Source of the DNA: Fidelibacterota bacterium
GTDB taxonomy: Bacteria; Fidelibacterota; Marinisomatia; Marinisomatales; CAZVFT01
Direction of reading: 5' to 3'
DNA: 42,964 nucleotides
Assembly: GCA_014381485.1 (NCBI GenBank)
Contig: JACNLN010000087.1
Coordinates: forward strand, 1 to 42,964
Numbering within the stretch: position 1 is the first letter of the stretch; each line of letters begins with the position of its first letter. Shown here in pieces: positions 30,694 to 39,178 of the stretch. Both the position numbers and the translations under genes were made by a program. Under the pieces are notes generated by a model, which was given only the letters and a program-made list of their open reading frames with translations, was not told the DNA's origin and made no database searches.

Positions 30694-31311
30694 ATGGCTA
30701 AATATACTGGTATGAGAGGAAAAATAGTTCGAAGATTTGGTGATAATATATTTGGAAATCCAAAGTTTGATCGAATATTAGAAAGAAAGAATTATGGTCC
30801 TGGACAGCATGGGCAATCCCGAAGAAGGCGTCCATCAAACTACGGACTTCAATTGATGGAAAAGCAAAAGATGAAATATACATATGGTCTGTTAGAGCGA
30901 CAATTTAGGCGTTTTTATAAAAAAGCAGAGAAGATGAAAGGAGAAACCGGTATTAATCTTGTCCAGTTATTAGAAAGACGTTTAGATAATGTGGTATTTC
31001 GGTTAGGATTTGCAACCACCCGTAACTCAGCTCGGCAGCTTGTAAATCATAAGCATTTTTTGGTAAATGGTAAGCCAGCAAATATTCCATCATACATAGT
31101 TAAACCGAATGATGAGATCAAGGTTCGTGATAAAAGCCGTAAGCTCACAGTAATTCATGATTCACTGAAGCGGATCAAGGGGGATCTGGATTTGCCCTGG
31201 TTAAAACTGGATAAAGCAACTTTGACGGGAACCTTTCTCCAGATTCCAGAGCGTGACCAAATTAAGGAAAAATTCACAGAACAATTGGTTGTTGAACTTT
31301 ACTCAAAATAG
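30694..31311 (+). CDS. rpsD: 30S ribosomal protein S4
   Basis: 205 aa. YG..L.EKQK....YG..E.QF and an S4 RNA-binding domain (LERRLDNVVFRLGFA.TR..ARQLV.H.H..VNG). Confidence 0.98.
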   Translation: MAKYTGMRGKIVRRFGDNIFGNPKFDRILERKNYGPGQHGQSRRRRPSNYGLQLMEKQKMKYTYGLLERQFRRFYKKAEKMKGETGINLVQLLERRLDNVVFRLGFATTRNSARQLVNHKHFLVNGKPANIPSYIVKPNDEIKVRDKSRKLTVIHDSLKRIKGDLDLPWLKLDKATLTGTFLQIPERDQIKEKFTEQLVVELYSK

Positions 31312-31332
31312 AATCATAAGGGTGAATATAAT

Positions 31333-32307
31333 ATGAAAAAAAATAAGGTCTTTAAATTTAAGGTAGATAAAAAATCGTTAACAGACTCGTATGGTTTGTT
31401 TACCCTTGAACCCCTTGAGAGAGGGTATGGAATTACCATTGGAAATGCTTTAAGAAGGGTTCTTCTGACTAGTATGCCAGGCGTGGCTATTATTTCAGTT
31501 AAAATCGATGGAATTCTTCACGAATTTGCCACTATTGAGGGGGTAAAGGAAGATATGGCGGATGTTATTCTTAATCTGAAAAAGATCAGGTTTAAAACCT
31601 CAGAATCAACACTGGATAAGGTTGCATTAGTTTTGAAAGGACCGGGTACTTTTATTGCTGATGATATTGATGAAGCATCTGAACAGTTTGAGGTCTTGAA
31701 TCGGGATCAATACGTTGCAACAATGAATAAAGATGCCAATTTTACCATGGAACTTCAGATTGGTATAGGTAAGGGGTATATTGATGCTGACAATCATCAG
31801 AGAATTGATGAAACCATCGGGACTATCTATATTGATTCTATTTTCAATCCTGTGTTGAAAGTATCTTACGATGTGGTGCCCGGTTCTTCCGCAAAAGATA
31901 GTTTTGAGAAGTTAATTCTTGAAATAAATACTGATGGTGCATCTACACCCATGGATTCGGTCAATTATGGAGCATCGGTTTTGATTGACCACTTTAAACA
32001 TTTTTTAATTCCTGACGCGTTACCGGTGCTTGAAATCACGGAAAAGGTGGATGATGAAGTACTCAGGATCAGGGCTTTACTCAATCAATCTATTGAGGAG
32101 ATGGAACTTTCTGTGAGGAGTCACAACTGTCTTCAAGCCGCTGGGATCAAAGTCATCAGTGATTTAGTGTCAAAAAGTGAAAGTGAAATGTTGAAGTATA
32201 AAAATTTTGGTAGAAAATCTCTCTCTGAGTTGGTAGAAAAATTGGCTGAGATGGGACTTACATTTGGGATGAATGTTGAAAAATATAAATTGGAATCTGA
32301 TAAGTAA
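31333..32307 (+). CDS. rpoA: DNA-directed RNA polymerase subunit alpha
   Basis: 324 aa. GNALRR.LL.S.PG motif and C-terminal domain (ELSVRS.NCL......I.DLV..SE.EML...NFG.KSL.E). Confidence 0.98.
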   Translation: MKKNKVFKFKVDKKSLTDSYGLFTLEPLERGYGITIGNALRRVLLTSMPGVAIISVKIDGILHEFATIEGVKEDMADVILNLKKIRFKTSESTLDKVALVLKGPGTFIADDIDEASEQFEVLNRDQYVATMNKDANFTMELQIGIGKGYIDADNHQRIDETIGTIYIDSIFNPVLKVSYDVVPGSSAKDSFEKLILEINTDGASTPMDSVNYGASVLIDHFKHFLIPDALPVLEITEKVDDEVLRIRALLNQSIEEMELSVRSHNCLQAAGIKVISDLVSKSESEMLKYKNFGRKSLSELVEKLAEMGLTFGMNVEKYKLESDK

Positions 32308-32318
32308 AAGATAAACAG

Positions 32319-32777
32319 ATGCGACATCAAAAAAGAGGTAGAAAACTTGGTCGGACGGCGAGTCACAGGAAGGCACTACTGGCGAACCTTGCTTCGTCAT
32401 TGATTGAACATAAGCGAATTGTGACAACCGATGCAAAAGCGAAAGAAACACGTAAATTTATCGAGCCCATAATTACCAAAGCAAAAAAAGGGGATATTCA
32501 CTCTCGAAGAATGGTATTAAGGAAAATCCCCCGGAAGAATATCGTTAAGATCCTCTTTGAAGAAATTGCTCCAAAATATACCGACAGACCCGGGGGGTAT
32601 ACCAGAATTGTGAAATTGGGCTTTCGTGATAACGATTCTGCTCCTGTTTCTTTACTCGAGCTTGTAGATTTTGAAGTTAAAAGCAGGAAGAGCGAAGAAT
32701 CCAAAAAAACTAAAAAATCAAAGAAAAAGGCAACTAAAGCCGAATCTGTCGAGGATACTCAAACAGTCGAATCTTAA
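32319..32777 (+). CDS. rplQ: 50S ribosomal protein L17 (with a Lys-rich C-terminal tail)
   Basis: 152 aa. MRH.K.GRKLGR...HR.ALL.NL and GGYTRI.K motifs. The last ~35 aa are K/S/E-rich. Confidence 0.97.
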   Translation: MRHQKRGRKLGRTASHRKALLANLASSLIEHKRIVTTDAKAKETRKFIEPIITKAKKGDIHSRRMVLRKIPRKNIVKILFEEIAPKYTDRPGGYTRIVKLGFRDNDSAPVSLLELVDFEVKSRKSEESKKTKKSKKKATKAESVEDTQTVES

Positions 32778-32795
32778 GCTGGAATAAGAACGTAT

Positions 32796-33959
32796 ATGGA
32801 TAGGATTAATAAGGCAGCATATTTCGTTGCCTTTTTTATTATACTTCAACTGCGACTTTTTGCTGGGGAAAATGACCGGCACTTTTCCTTCCGATCTATC
32901 TGGATTGTTCGTTCGTCAATGATTTCGGAAGAAGAAATTGACAAAGCTCTGATATTTGCAAAAAAGAATCAATTTAACCATGTGTTTGTGCAGGTAAGGG
33001 GTCGTGGAGATGCTTTTTACAAAAGTAGTATAGTTCCCAGAACGTACTTAGTTCGTAATCTACTGTTTGATCCACTCTCCTATGCGATTCAAAAGGGCCA
33101 CCAATTAGGTCTTCAAGTGCATGCCTGGATGAATGTGTATTTACTCTGGTCATCAATTCAAAACCCAATCTCACAAAAGCACCTCCTAATTCAGCATCCA
33201 GAATGGGTAGATAAAAGCCTGTTATCAGAATTAAAAACTGAAATAAATCCTGAATATCCTAATAATGGAAATGATTGTAAATATCTGTCTCCCCTGGTTC
33301 CTGAGAGTCAGACATATCTATTGACAGTTTTACAGGAAGTTTTAGAAAATTATAATTGCGATGGTCTTCATCTTGATTATGTACGATTTTGCGATATAGA
33401 ATATGGTTACAACTCTATAGGATGCGGGAAATTTGAGAATGAGCATGGTGTCGATCCTCTTGAATTATTCACAAAGGGAAATCAAACATTATCTGGGACA
33501 AAACTTGATCATTTTCGAAACTTGTGGAACCAATACCGAAGAGATGCTGTGACTGATCTTATAAGGCAATGTGGTAATTTAGTATTGTCTATCAAACCAT
33601 CATGCATATTGTCGGTAGCTGTTAAGCCAGATCTTGAGGAGGCAAAAAAGCGATATTATCAGGAATGGGACCGATGGCTCGCTGAAGGATTGGTTGATTA
33701 TGTGGTACCGATGAACTATGATCCCTCATTGCGGAAGTTTGCCCATAACATTGATATCATTCATGATAATATTCCCTCTAAGTACTTACCCGGAATTGTT
33801 ATGGGAATTGCCACTTATAATCAAGATGCTCTCGATGCTCGGGATAAAGTGAGATATACAAAAGTTACAGGTTTTTCTGGGATATCGGTTTTTTCCTATG
33901 ATTCCCACAAAAATAATCTCGATTTTTTTACTCCTGTTATCATTGATATAAACCAATAA
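32796..33959 (+). CDS. Secreted glycoside-hydrolase-like protein (GHL10 / YngK-like family), putative
   Basis: 387 aa. N-terminal hydrophobic signal-like segment. FRSIWI.....I...EEID, N.VFVQVRGRGDAFY.S, VHAWMNV and DGLHLDY.RF resemble the family-10-like TIM-barrel hydrolases (Pfam GHL10). Recognised by eye and not verified by a profile search. Confidence 0.6.
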   Translation: MDRINKAAYFVAFFIILQLRLFAGENDRHFSFRSIWIVRSSMISEEEIDKALIFAKKNQFNHVFVQVRGRGDAFYKSSIVPRTYLVRNLLFDPLSYAIQKGHQLGLQVHAWMNVYLLWSSIQNPISQKHLLIQHPEWVDKSLLSELKTEINPEYPNNGNDCKYLSPLVPESQTYLLTVLQEVLENYNCDGLHLDYVRFCDIEYGYNSIGCGKFENEHGVDPLELFTKGNQTLSGTKLDHFRNLWNQYRRDAVTDLIRQCGNLVLSIKPSCILSVAVKPDLEEAKKRYYQEWDRWLAEGLVDYVVPMNYDPSLRKFAHNIDIIHDNIPSKYLPGIVMGIATYNQDALDARDKVRYTKVTGFSGISVFSYDSHKNNLDFFTPVIIDINQ

Positions 33960-34100
33960 CTCTTGCAAGATTCTGGATTATGTCCTGTTGTGTAATCAGA
34001 CACAAATTAAATTATTTCTCACACTGAGGAACTACTATAAGTAACTGTTTCATATTGTATAGTTAAAACGAAAATTGTACTTTTGTGAAGGTGTTATTTA

Positions 34101-34928
34101 ATGCCAATGAAGAGTGATATCGCAAAAAGAATAGTTGTTATTATCCTGGGAGTTCCTGGGATTATTCTCCTTTTATGGAAGGGTGGAATCTGGTTTGCAG
34201 CTCTTATTACTCTCGCGATGCTTCTTGCCCTCCGTGAATTTTACCTGATTAGTGCTAAAAAAGGTGCATCCCCATTATTGTGGGTTGGGTGGGTTGTTAC
34301 GCTTCTCGTTGCTTGGATGTATTATGGTGGAGTACCATCGGGTAACTCCTTGATCTTTTATAATATTTTTATTGTTGGATTTATTTTGACGATAGAGCTT
34401 TTTCGTAACAAACCCAATCCAACACGGAATATTTCTATCACCATTTTTGGTATTGTGTACATTTCTCTCTTTTTAGGTTCGTTAATTGCATTACGCAACT
34501 GGGATGATATGACAGGATTCCACCTGACATGGGGCGTCTTTATATCTGTCTGGATATGCGATACCACCGCTTATCTCGCAGGGAAAAAATGGGGTAAGAA
34601 AAAGATGATGGAGCGGGTAAGTCCTAATAAAACCGTTGTTGGATGTGTGGCAGGCATGTTTGGGGCAGCAATAACGTATGTGATAATGTACACTTCCGGA
34701 TTTTTAGGTAACCTCTTTGATTGGGGAGATATAATTGTGTTCGCGGTTATATCTGGAATATTTGGACAAATGGGTGACTTTGTGCAATCTTTGATAAAGC
34801 GAGATATGGAAGTGAAAGATTCAGGGAAGTTCTTATTGGGGCACGGCGGTGTTTTTGATCGTTTTGATTCCCTGTTTTTTGCAGCACCGTTGACCTATAT
34901 TTATCTCCAACTTTTTGTACCGTATTAG
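34101..34928 (+). CDS. cdsA: Phosphatidate cytidylyltransferase (CDP-diglyceride synthase)
   Basis: 275 aa, polytopic. C-terminal CdsA signature (S..KR...VKDSG....GHGG..DR.DS). Confidence 0.9.
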   Translation: MPMKSDIAKRIVVIILGVPGIILLLWKGGIWFAALITLAMLLALREFYLISAKKGASPLLWVGWVVTLLVAWMYYGGVPSGNSLIFYNIFIVGFILTIELFRNKPNPTRNISITIFGIVYISLFLGSLIALRNWDDMTGFHLTWGVFISVWICDTTAYLAGKKWGKKKMMERVSPNKTVVGCVAGMFGAAITYVIMYTSGFLGNLFDWGDIIVFAVISGIFGQMGDFVQSLIKRDMEVKDSGKFLLGHGGVFDRFDSLFFAAPLTYIYLQLFVPY

Positions 34929-34969
34929 TTACATTCAAATAGATGATATTTATTCAATAAAGTAGTTTT

Positions 34970-35404
34970 ATGACCGGGATTGATAATAAAGATAACAAAT
35001 TTTTATGGAAGGCATATCCTGCCCTTGAGCGTAAATTTGCATTTATTTCTACAACACTCGTGATTATCGCTATTTCAATCTTACTTTACATATCCTTTCA
35101 AAGTCTTTTCTGGAGTGTCTTTTCCGTAGTGATTCTAATTATTTCTTTAAACAGATTCTACTTTCCAAGTGTGTATTCCATTGATTCTCAGGAAATCATA
35201 GCTAAATATTTTTTCCGTAAACAGCGATACCTCTGGAAAAATATCCGTAGATTTAATTACACGAAATATGGTGGATATCTATCTGGTAGGAAACAACCTT
35301 CACGGTTGGATGCATTTCGCGGTATGCATATTTTATTTGGCTCTCATCGAGATGATATCATATCTAAAATTCAAACTTACTTAAATAAATCTGATACACA
35401 TTGA
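34970..35404 (+). CDS. Hypothetical small membrane protein (two predicted TM helices plus a basic C-terminal domain)
   Basis: 144-aa ORF. Hydrophobic segments FAFISTTLVIIAISILLYISF and FWSVFSVVILIISL. I recognise no family. Its stop overlaps the next ORF's start by 4 nt. Confidence 0.55.
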   Translation: MTGIDNKDNKFLWKAYPALERKFAFISTTLVIIAISILLYISFQSLFWSVFSVVILIISLNRFYFPSVYSIDSQEIIAKYFFRKQRYLWKNIRRFNYTKYGGYLSGRKQPSRLDAFRGMHILFGSHRDDIISKIQTYLNKSDTH

Positions 35405-35790
35405 GCTGGTTAAAACACGCATTTGCTGTTGATGAAGTTGGTTCAGTACAACCTACTGAGACGCAGAAAGTTGTTGTTGATCGAGTATGTCAAGAAATTG
35501 CGAGAAGACATCTCACGACTCCTGCGCTTCTTTTTCTTGAGACATTTCGTCCCCTGAATTTTATTGGGGCACAAGCGATGCATTTTTTCCATCCGATTGT
35601 TTCAGCTATTCTAAGTGGTGATGGTTACAGGCATTTTGCGGAGTTTCTTGAGAAAAGGGGAAGTGTTGATTATTTCTGTGAAAGAATTGAATACTTTGAA
35701 GAACAATATTCCAAACAGAAATCAACTGGTGGAAGGAGTGATAACAACCCAAAAAACGAAACTTCAGATATTAATGGCCATGTTCTATGA
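35401..35790 (+). CDS. Hypothetical protein
   Basis: 129-aa ORF. TTG start overlaps the upstream stop (ATTGA). I recognise no family. Coding is supported only by ORF length and the coupling geometry. Confidence 0.45.
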   Translation: MSWLKHAFAVDEVGSVQPTETQKVVVDRVCQEIARRHLTTPALLFLETFRPLNFIGAQAMHFFHPIVSAILSGDGYRHFAEFLEKRGSVDYFCERIEYFEEQYSKQKSTGGRSDNNPKNETSDINGHVL

Positions 35791-35819
35791 AACAATTGAA
35801 TAAACACGAAAATCATGTC

Positions 35820-36005
35820 ATAGCCCCGTCCTTTAGGGCGGGGTTGAGAAATGTGAACATATATTATGACGCCGTTTCCGCATGTCCCGACAAGTCGGGA
35901 GCGGACAGGCACGGCGTTATTTACGAAAGAGCTTGTCTAATAAAGGGCGTGAACGCCCTGTCTTGTTATTGCGATTTTATTCCCCGCCCTAAAGGACGGG
36001 GCTAT
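35820..36005. repeat. 186-bp element: perfect 24-bp terminal inverted repeats around a 138-bp hairpin-rich, GC-rich core (MITE-like element or structured RNA)
   Basis: ATAGCCCCGTCCTTTAGGGCGGGG (35820-35843) is the exact reverse complement of CCCCGCCCTAAAGGACGGGGCTAT (35982-36005). Each arm is itself a near-palindrome. The core holds a 51-nt compound hairpin (35868-35918) and AGGGCG-TGAA-CGCCCT (35944-35959). Confidence 0.85.
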
Positions 36006-36109
36006 AGATATATTCAATCAGTCAGAAGCCGGATAGGAACTGATATAAATTGTGATACATCAACGTTAATTTTCCTGATTAATTATTCAGATTCAGAAAT
36101 GAAATAGAA

Positions 36110-39100
36110 ATGTTGAAACGAAGTGTAAATCCCGCAACGGCGGGGAAAATAATCGATCCTGAAAAGATTAATGTTATTCTCGCTACTGATTGTGGAAGTA
36201 CAACCACAAAAGCGATATTAGTACAAAAAATAGATGGTCACTACCGCCAGACTCATCGGGGAGAAGCTCCATCCACAGTAGAGGAGCCTTTTGCTGATGT
36301 TACAGTTGGTGTGATAAATTCGGTGACTGAGGTAACAGAGTTAGCTGGACGAAGACTGATTGATGACAATGGTAAGATTATCCAACCAGCTACAGAGAAT
36401 GAAGGATGTGATCTCTATATTTCCACATCCAGTGCTGGTGGTGGACTTCAGATGATGGTGGCAGGTGTGATTCGAGAGATGACGGCTGCCAGTGCAAAGC
36501 GAGCGGCTCTTGGTGCTGGTGCCATCGTTATGGATATTATTGCCTCCAATGACAGGCGGAAACCGCACGAGCAGATTCAACGAATTCGCGACTTACGTCC
36601 CGATATGATGCTGCTGTCCGGGGGTACCGATGGCGGAACAACTACTCACGTTGTTAAAATCGCAGAACTTGTAGCGCCGGCAAAACCGCAACCAAGATTT
36701 GGTGCACAATATCAACTTCCTATTATTTATGCAGGAAACAGGGATGCCATTCAAAATATCGAAGGACTGTTTCAAAATGAAGAATTTGATCTGTCAATCG
36801 TTGATAATTTGCGACCTGTATTAGAAATGGAAAATCTTAGTCCCGCCCGGGATGCTATTCACGATCTCTTTCTCGAACACGTTATGGCACACGCACCCGG
36901 TTACAATAAATTGATGGATTGGACAGATGCTCCAATTATGCCCACACCGGGAGCGGTTGGAAATATTCTCCAGACTATCGCTGAACAGCAGGGTATTAAC
37001 GTGGTGGGAGTTGACATAGGTGGAGCCACAACAGATATCTTCAGCATCTTCGATGGTACATTTAATCGGACTGTGAGTGCAAATCTTGGGATGAGCTATT
37101 CCATTTCGAACGTTTGTGCTGAGACAACTATGCCAAATATCCTCAGGTGGGTACATCTGGATATGGAAGAGCGGAGCGTTCGGAATCGTGTGAAAAACAA
37201 GATGATACGACCAACAACTATTCCACAGTCAATGGAAGCGTTAATTTTTGAACAGGCAGTAGCCCGCGAAGCACTCCGGTTGGCTTATGAACAGCATAAA
37301 GAATTTGCTACCACCTTGAAAGGTGTCCAGCGCCAGCGATCTGTGGGGGATACTTTCAGTCAGGAGATGGGTGGACTGACGATTGTTGATAATATGAAAC
37401 TGAACCTTCTTGTAGCGTCAGGAGGAGTTCTTTCCCACGCGCCAAGGATGCATCAAACTGCATTGCTTCTCATAGATGCCTTCCAGCCTGAAGGAGTGAC
37501 AACATTGGCAAAGGATAGTATTTTTATGATGCCACATCTTGGTGTGTTGGCACAGGTACATCCTCAGGCTGCTATGGAAGTTTTCGAAAAGGATTGTCTG
37601 ATCTACCTCGGAACAGTTATTGCTCCAGCGGGTCGTACAAAAGCCGGTAAGTTGTGCTTTTCCTATAAAATTAGCGGTGAGACACTGAATGAATCCGGAG
37701 AAATCATATTTGGAGAGATGAAATTATTTCCTCTCGGTTTAGATGAAACAGCTGACATTATTATTGAACCACCTAAATCTTTTGATGTAGGAAATGGGCC
37801 TGGGAAACGATTAAAGAAACAGGTGCGTGGCGGTTTGGTAGGATTGATTCTCGATGGTCGCGGTCGTCCTCTGAATCTTCCCGAAGATCAATCGCAATCT
37901 AAAATCTCTGTCGGTCAATGGGTTGATGATATTGATCTGTATCCTGTTCAACAGGTGGAAGAAAGGGACGCTCCTCCTTCAATTTCTGTCGATACAGAAA
38001 AAACAGGAACAGCAAAAGAAATTGGACCTAAAAAGGCTCACGCTTATACTCCCGGACTCAAAGTTACTCATCGGACAACTATCCAGCGACGACGGGTTCT
38101 TCCTATTCCCGGGAAAGTCGTTGTAAAAGTTGGAGATATGATTGAGGCTCAGCAAGTGGTGGCGGAAACGTTTATGCCCGGTGACGTCATTCCCATAAAC
38201 CTCGCCAATTTACTCTCACTGCCACCGGGAGATGTCCCCGAATGTATGGTAGTCAAAGAAGGAGACAAAGTAGAAGTGGGAGATATCCTTGCCAGAACCA
38301 AAGGGATATTTGGATTTTTTAAGCATGAATTCAGGAGTAAAGATGCTGGCAAAGTTGAAACCATTTCGGAGGTGACGGGACAGGTAATACTCCGTGGTCC
38401 GGAGCATCCTGTTGATGTTCTGGCTTTTTATCCCGGAAAAATTGTAGAAGTGATTGAAAATCAAGGTGTAATCATCGAATCTGAAGTCACGTTTGTTCAG
38501 GGTATTTTCGGAATAGGGGGTGAAACTTTTGGTAAAATCAAGATGGCGTGTGAATCTCCTGATGAACAATTAACTGAGGATCATATCACTCCGGATATGA
38601 AAGGGTGTGTTATCGTTGGTGGTGCCAGAATGACTGCAAAAGCAATTAACAAAGCTGTGGAAGTGAAAGCTGCTGGCATTGTTTCTGGAGGTATTGATGA
38701 TCAGGATTTAAAGACATTTCTGGGATATGACCTGGGAGTGGCTATTACCGGTTCTGAAAATCTTGGAATAACTTTGATTATCACGGAAGGTTTTGGAAAT
38801 ATTGCTATGGCTGAACGAACATTTAATCTTCTCAAATCCAGAGAAGGGGGTGAGGTTTCCATAAATGGTGCGACACAGATTCGAGCAGGTGTCATAAGAC
38901 CTGTTATTGTTATTCCTGTGGATGAAACCGTTCTCCCTGCGGTAGATGAAAAGGATCATATATCCGGTCAATTGGAAATAGGATATCCCGTTCGAATTAT
39001 TCGCGATCCTTTCTTTGGAATTATCGGAAAAGTTCATAGTTTACCACCTGAGCCACAGGTACTTGAATCAGGTTCAAAAGCGCGTGTACTTAAAGTTTCA

Positions 39101-39178
39101 GTTGATTCAGGTTCGCCAATTACGATTCCAAGGGCTAACGTAGAACTCATTGAAGGAGAGGGAAAGAACGAATTGTGA
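36110..39178 (+). CDS. Large fusion protein: N-terminal GlmL/MutL-type ASKHA (actin-fold) ATPase domain plus an unassigned C-terminal region of about 500 aa
   Basis: 1022 aa. The N-terminal ~500 aa carry an ordered motif series: ATDCGSTTTKAILV (phosphate-1), STSSAGGGLQMMV, LLSGGTDGG, VGVDIGGATTDIFS (phosphate-2) and LVASGGVLSHAP. This series is characteristic of the glutamate-mutase accessory GlmL family. The C-terminal part has repeated barrel-sandwich-like V.VGD.I...Q/V.EGDKVEVGDILA motifs and a Gly-rich segment. I recognise no family for it. Confidence 0.8.
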   Translation: MLKRSVNPATAGKIIDPEKINVILATDCGSTTTKAILVQKIDGHYRQTHRGEAPSTVEEPFADVTVGVINSVTEVTELAGRRLIDDNGKIIQPATENEGCDLYISTSSAGGGLQMMVAGVIREMTAASAKRAALGAGAIVMDIIASNDRRKPHEQIQRIRDLRPDMMLLSGGTDGGTTTHVVKIAELVAPAKPQPRFGAQYQLPIIYAGNRDAIQNIEGLFQNEEFDLSIVDNLRPVLEMENLSPARDAIHDLFLEHVMAHAPGYNKLMDWTDAPIMPTPGAVGNILQTIAEQQGINVVGVDIGGATTDIFSIFDGTFNRTVSANLGMSYSISNVCAETTMPNILRWVHLDMEERSVRNRVKNKMIRPTTIPQSMEALIFEQAVAREALRLAYEQHKEFATTLKGVQRQRSVGDTFSQEMGGLTIVDNMKLNLLVASGGVLSHAPRMHQTALLLIDAFQPEGVTTLAKDSIFMMPHLGVLAQVHPQAAMEVFEKDCLIYLGTVIAPAGRTKAGKLCFSYKISGETLNESGEIIFGEMKLFPLGLDETADIIIEPPKSFDVGNGPGKRLKKQVRGGLVGLILDGRGRPLNLPEDQSQSKISVGQWVDDIDLYPVQQVEERDAPPSISVDTEKTGTAKEIGPKKAHAYTPGLKVTHRTTIQRRRVLPIPGKVVVKVGDMIEAQQVVAETFMPGDVIPINLANLLSLPPGDVPECMVVKEGDKVEVGDILARTKGIFGFFKHEFRSKDAGKVETISEVTGQVILRGPEHPVDVLAFYPGKIVEVIENQGVIIESEVTFVQGIFGIGGETFGKIKMACESPDEQLTEDHITPDMKGCVIVGGARMTAKAINKAVEVKAAGIVSGGIDDQDLKTFLGYDLGVAITGSENLGITLIITEGFGNIAMAERTFNLLKSREGGEVSINGATQIRAGVIRPVIVIPVDETVLPAVDEKDHISGQLEIGYPVRIIRDPFFGIIGKVHSLPPEPQVLESGSKARVLKVSVDSGSPITIPRANVELIEGEGKNEL

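Noticed and set aside
33988-34005. Weak hairpin TTGTGT-AATCAG-ACACAA after the GHL10-like gene, as a possible terminator
   Set aside because: The stem is only 6 bp and AT-rich, and no U-tract follows it directly. That is too weak to call.
35820-36005. Possible CRISPR repeats, or a cobalamin or other riboswitch, upstream of the GlmL-like gene
   Set aside because: Only two repeat copies exist and they are in inverted orientation, with no spacer array, so this is not CRISPR. I found no B12-box-like (GCCACTG-type) motif and no TPP, SAM or c-di-GMP consensus by eye. The riboswitch idea is unsupported, although an Infernal scan would be decisive.
35670-36107. ORFs 35787-36107 (+, 106 aa) and 35670-35912 (-, 80 aa)
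   Set aside because: Both traverse the inverted-repeat element and contain the same PRPKGRGY peptide simply because the two repeat arms are reverse complements. This is a palindrome artefact and not coding sequence.
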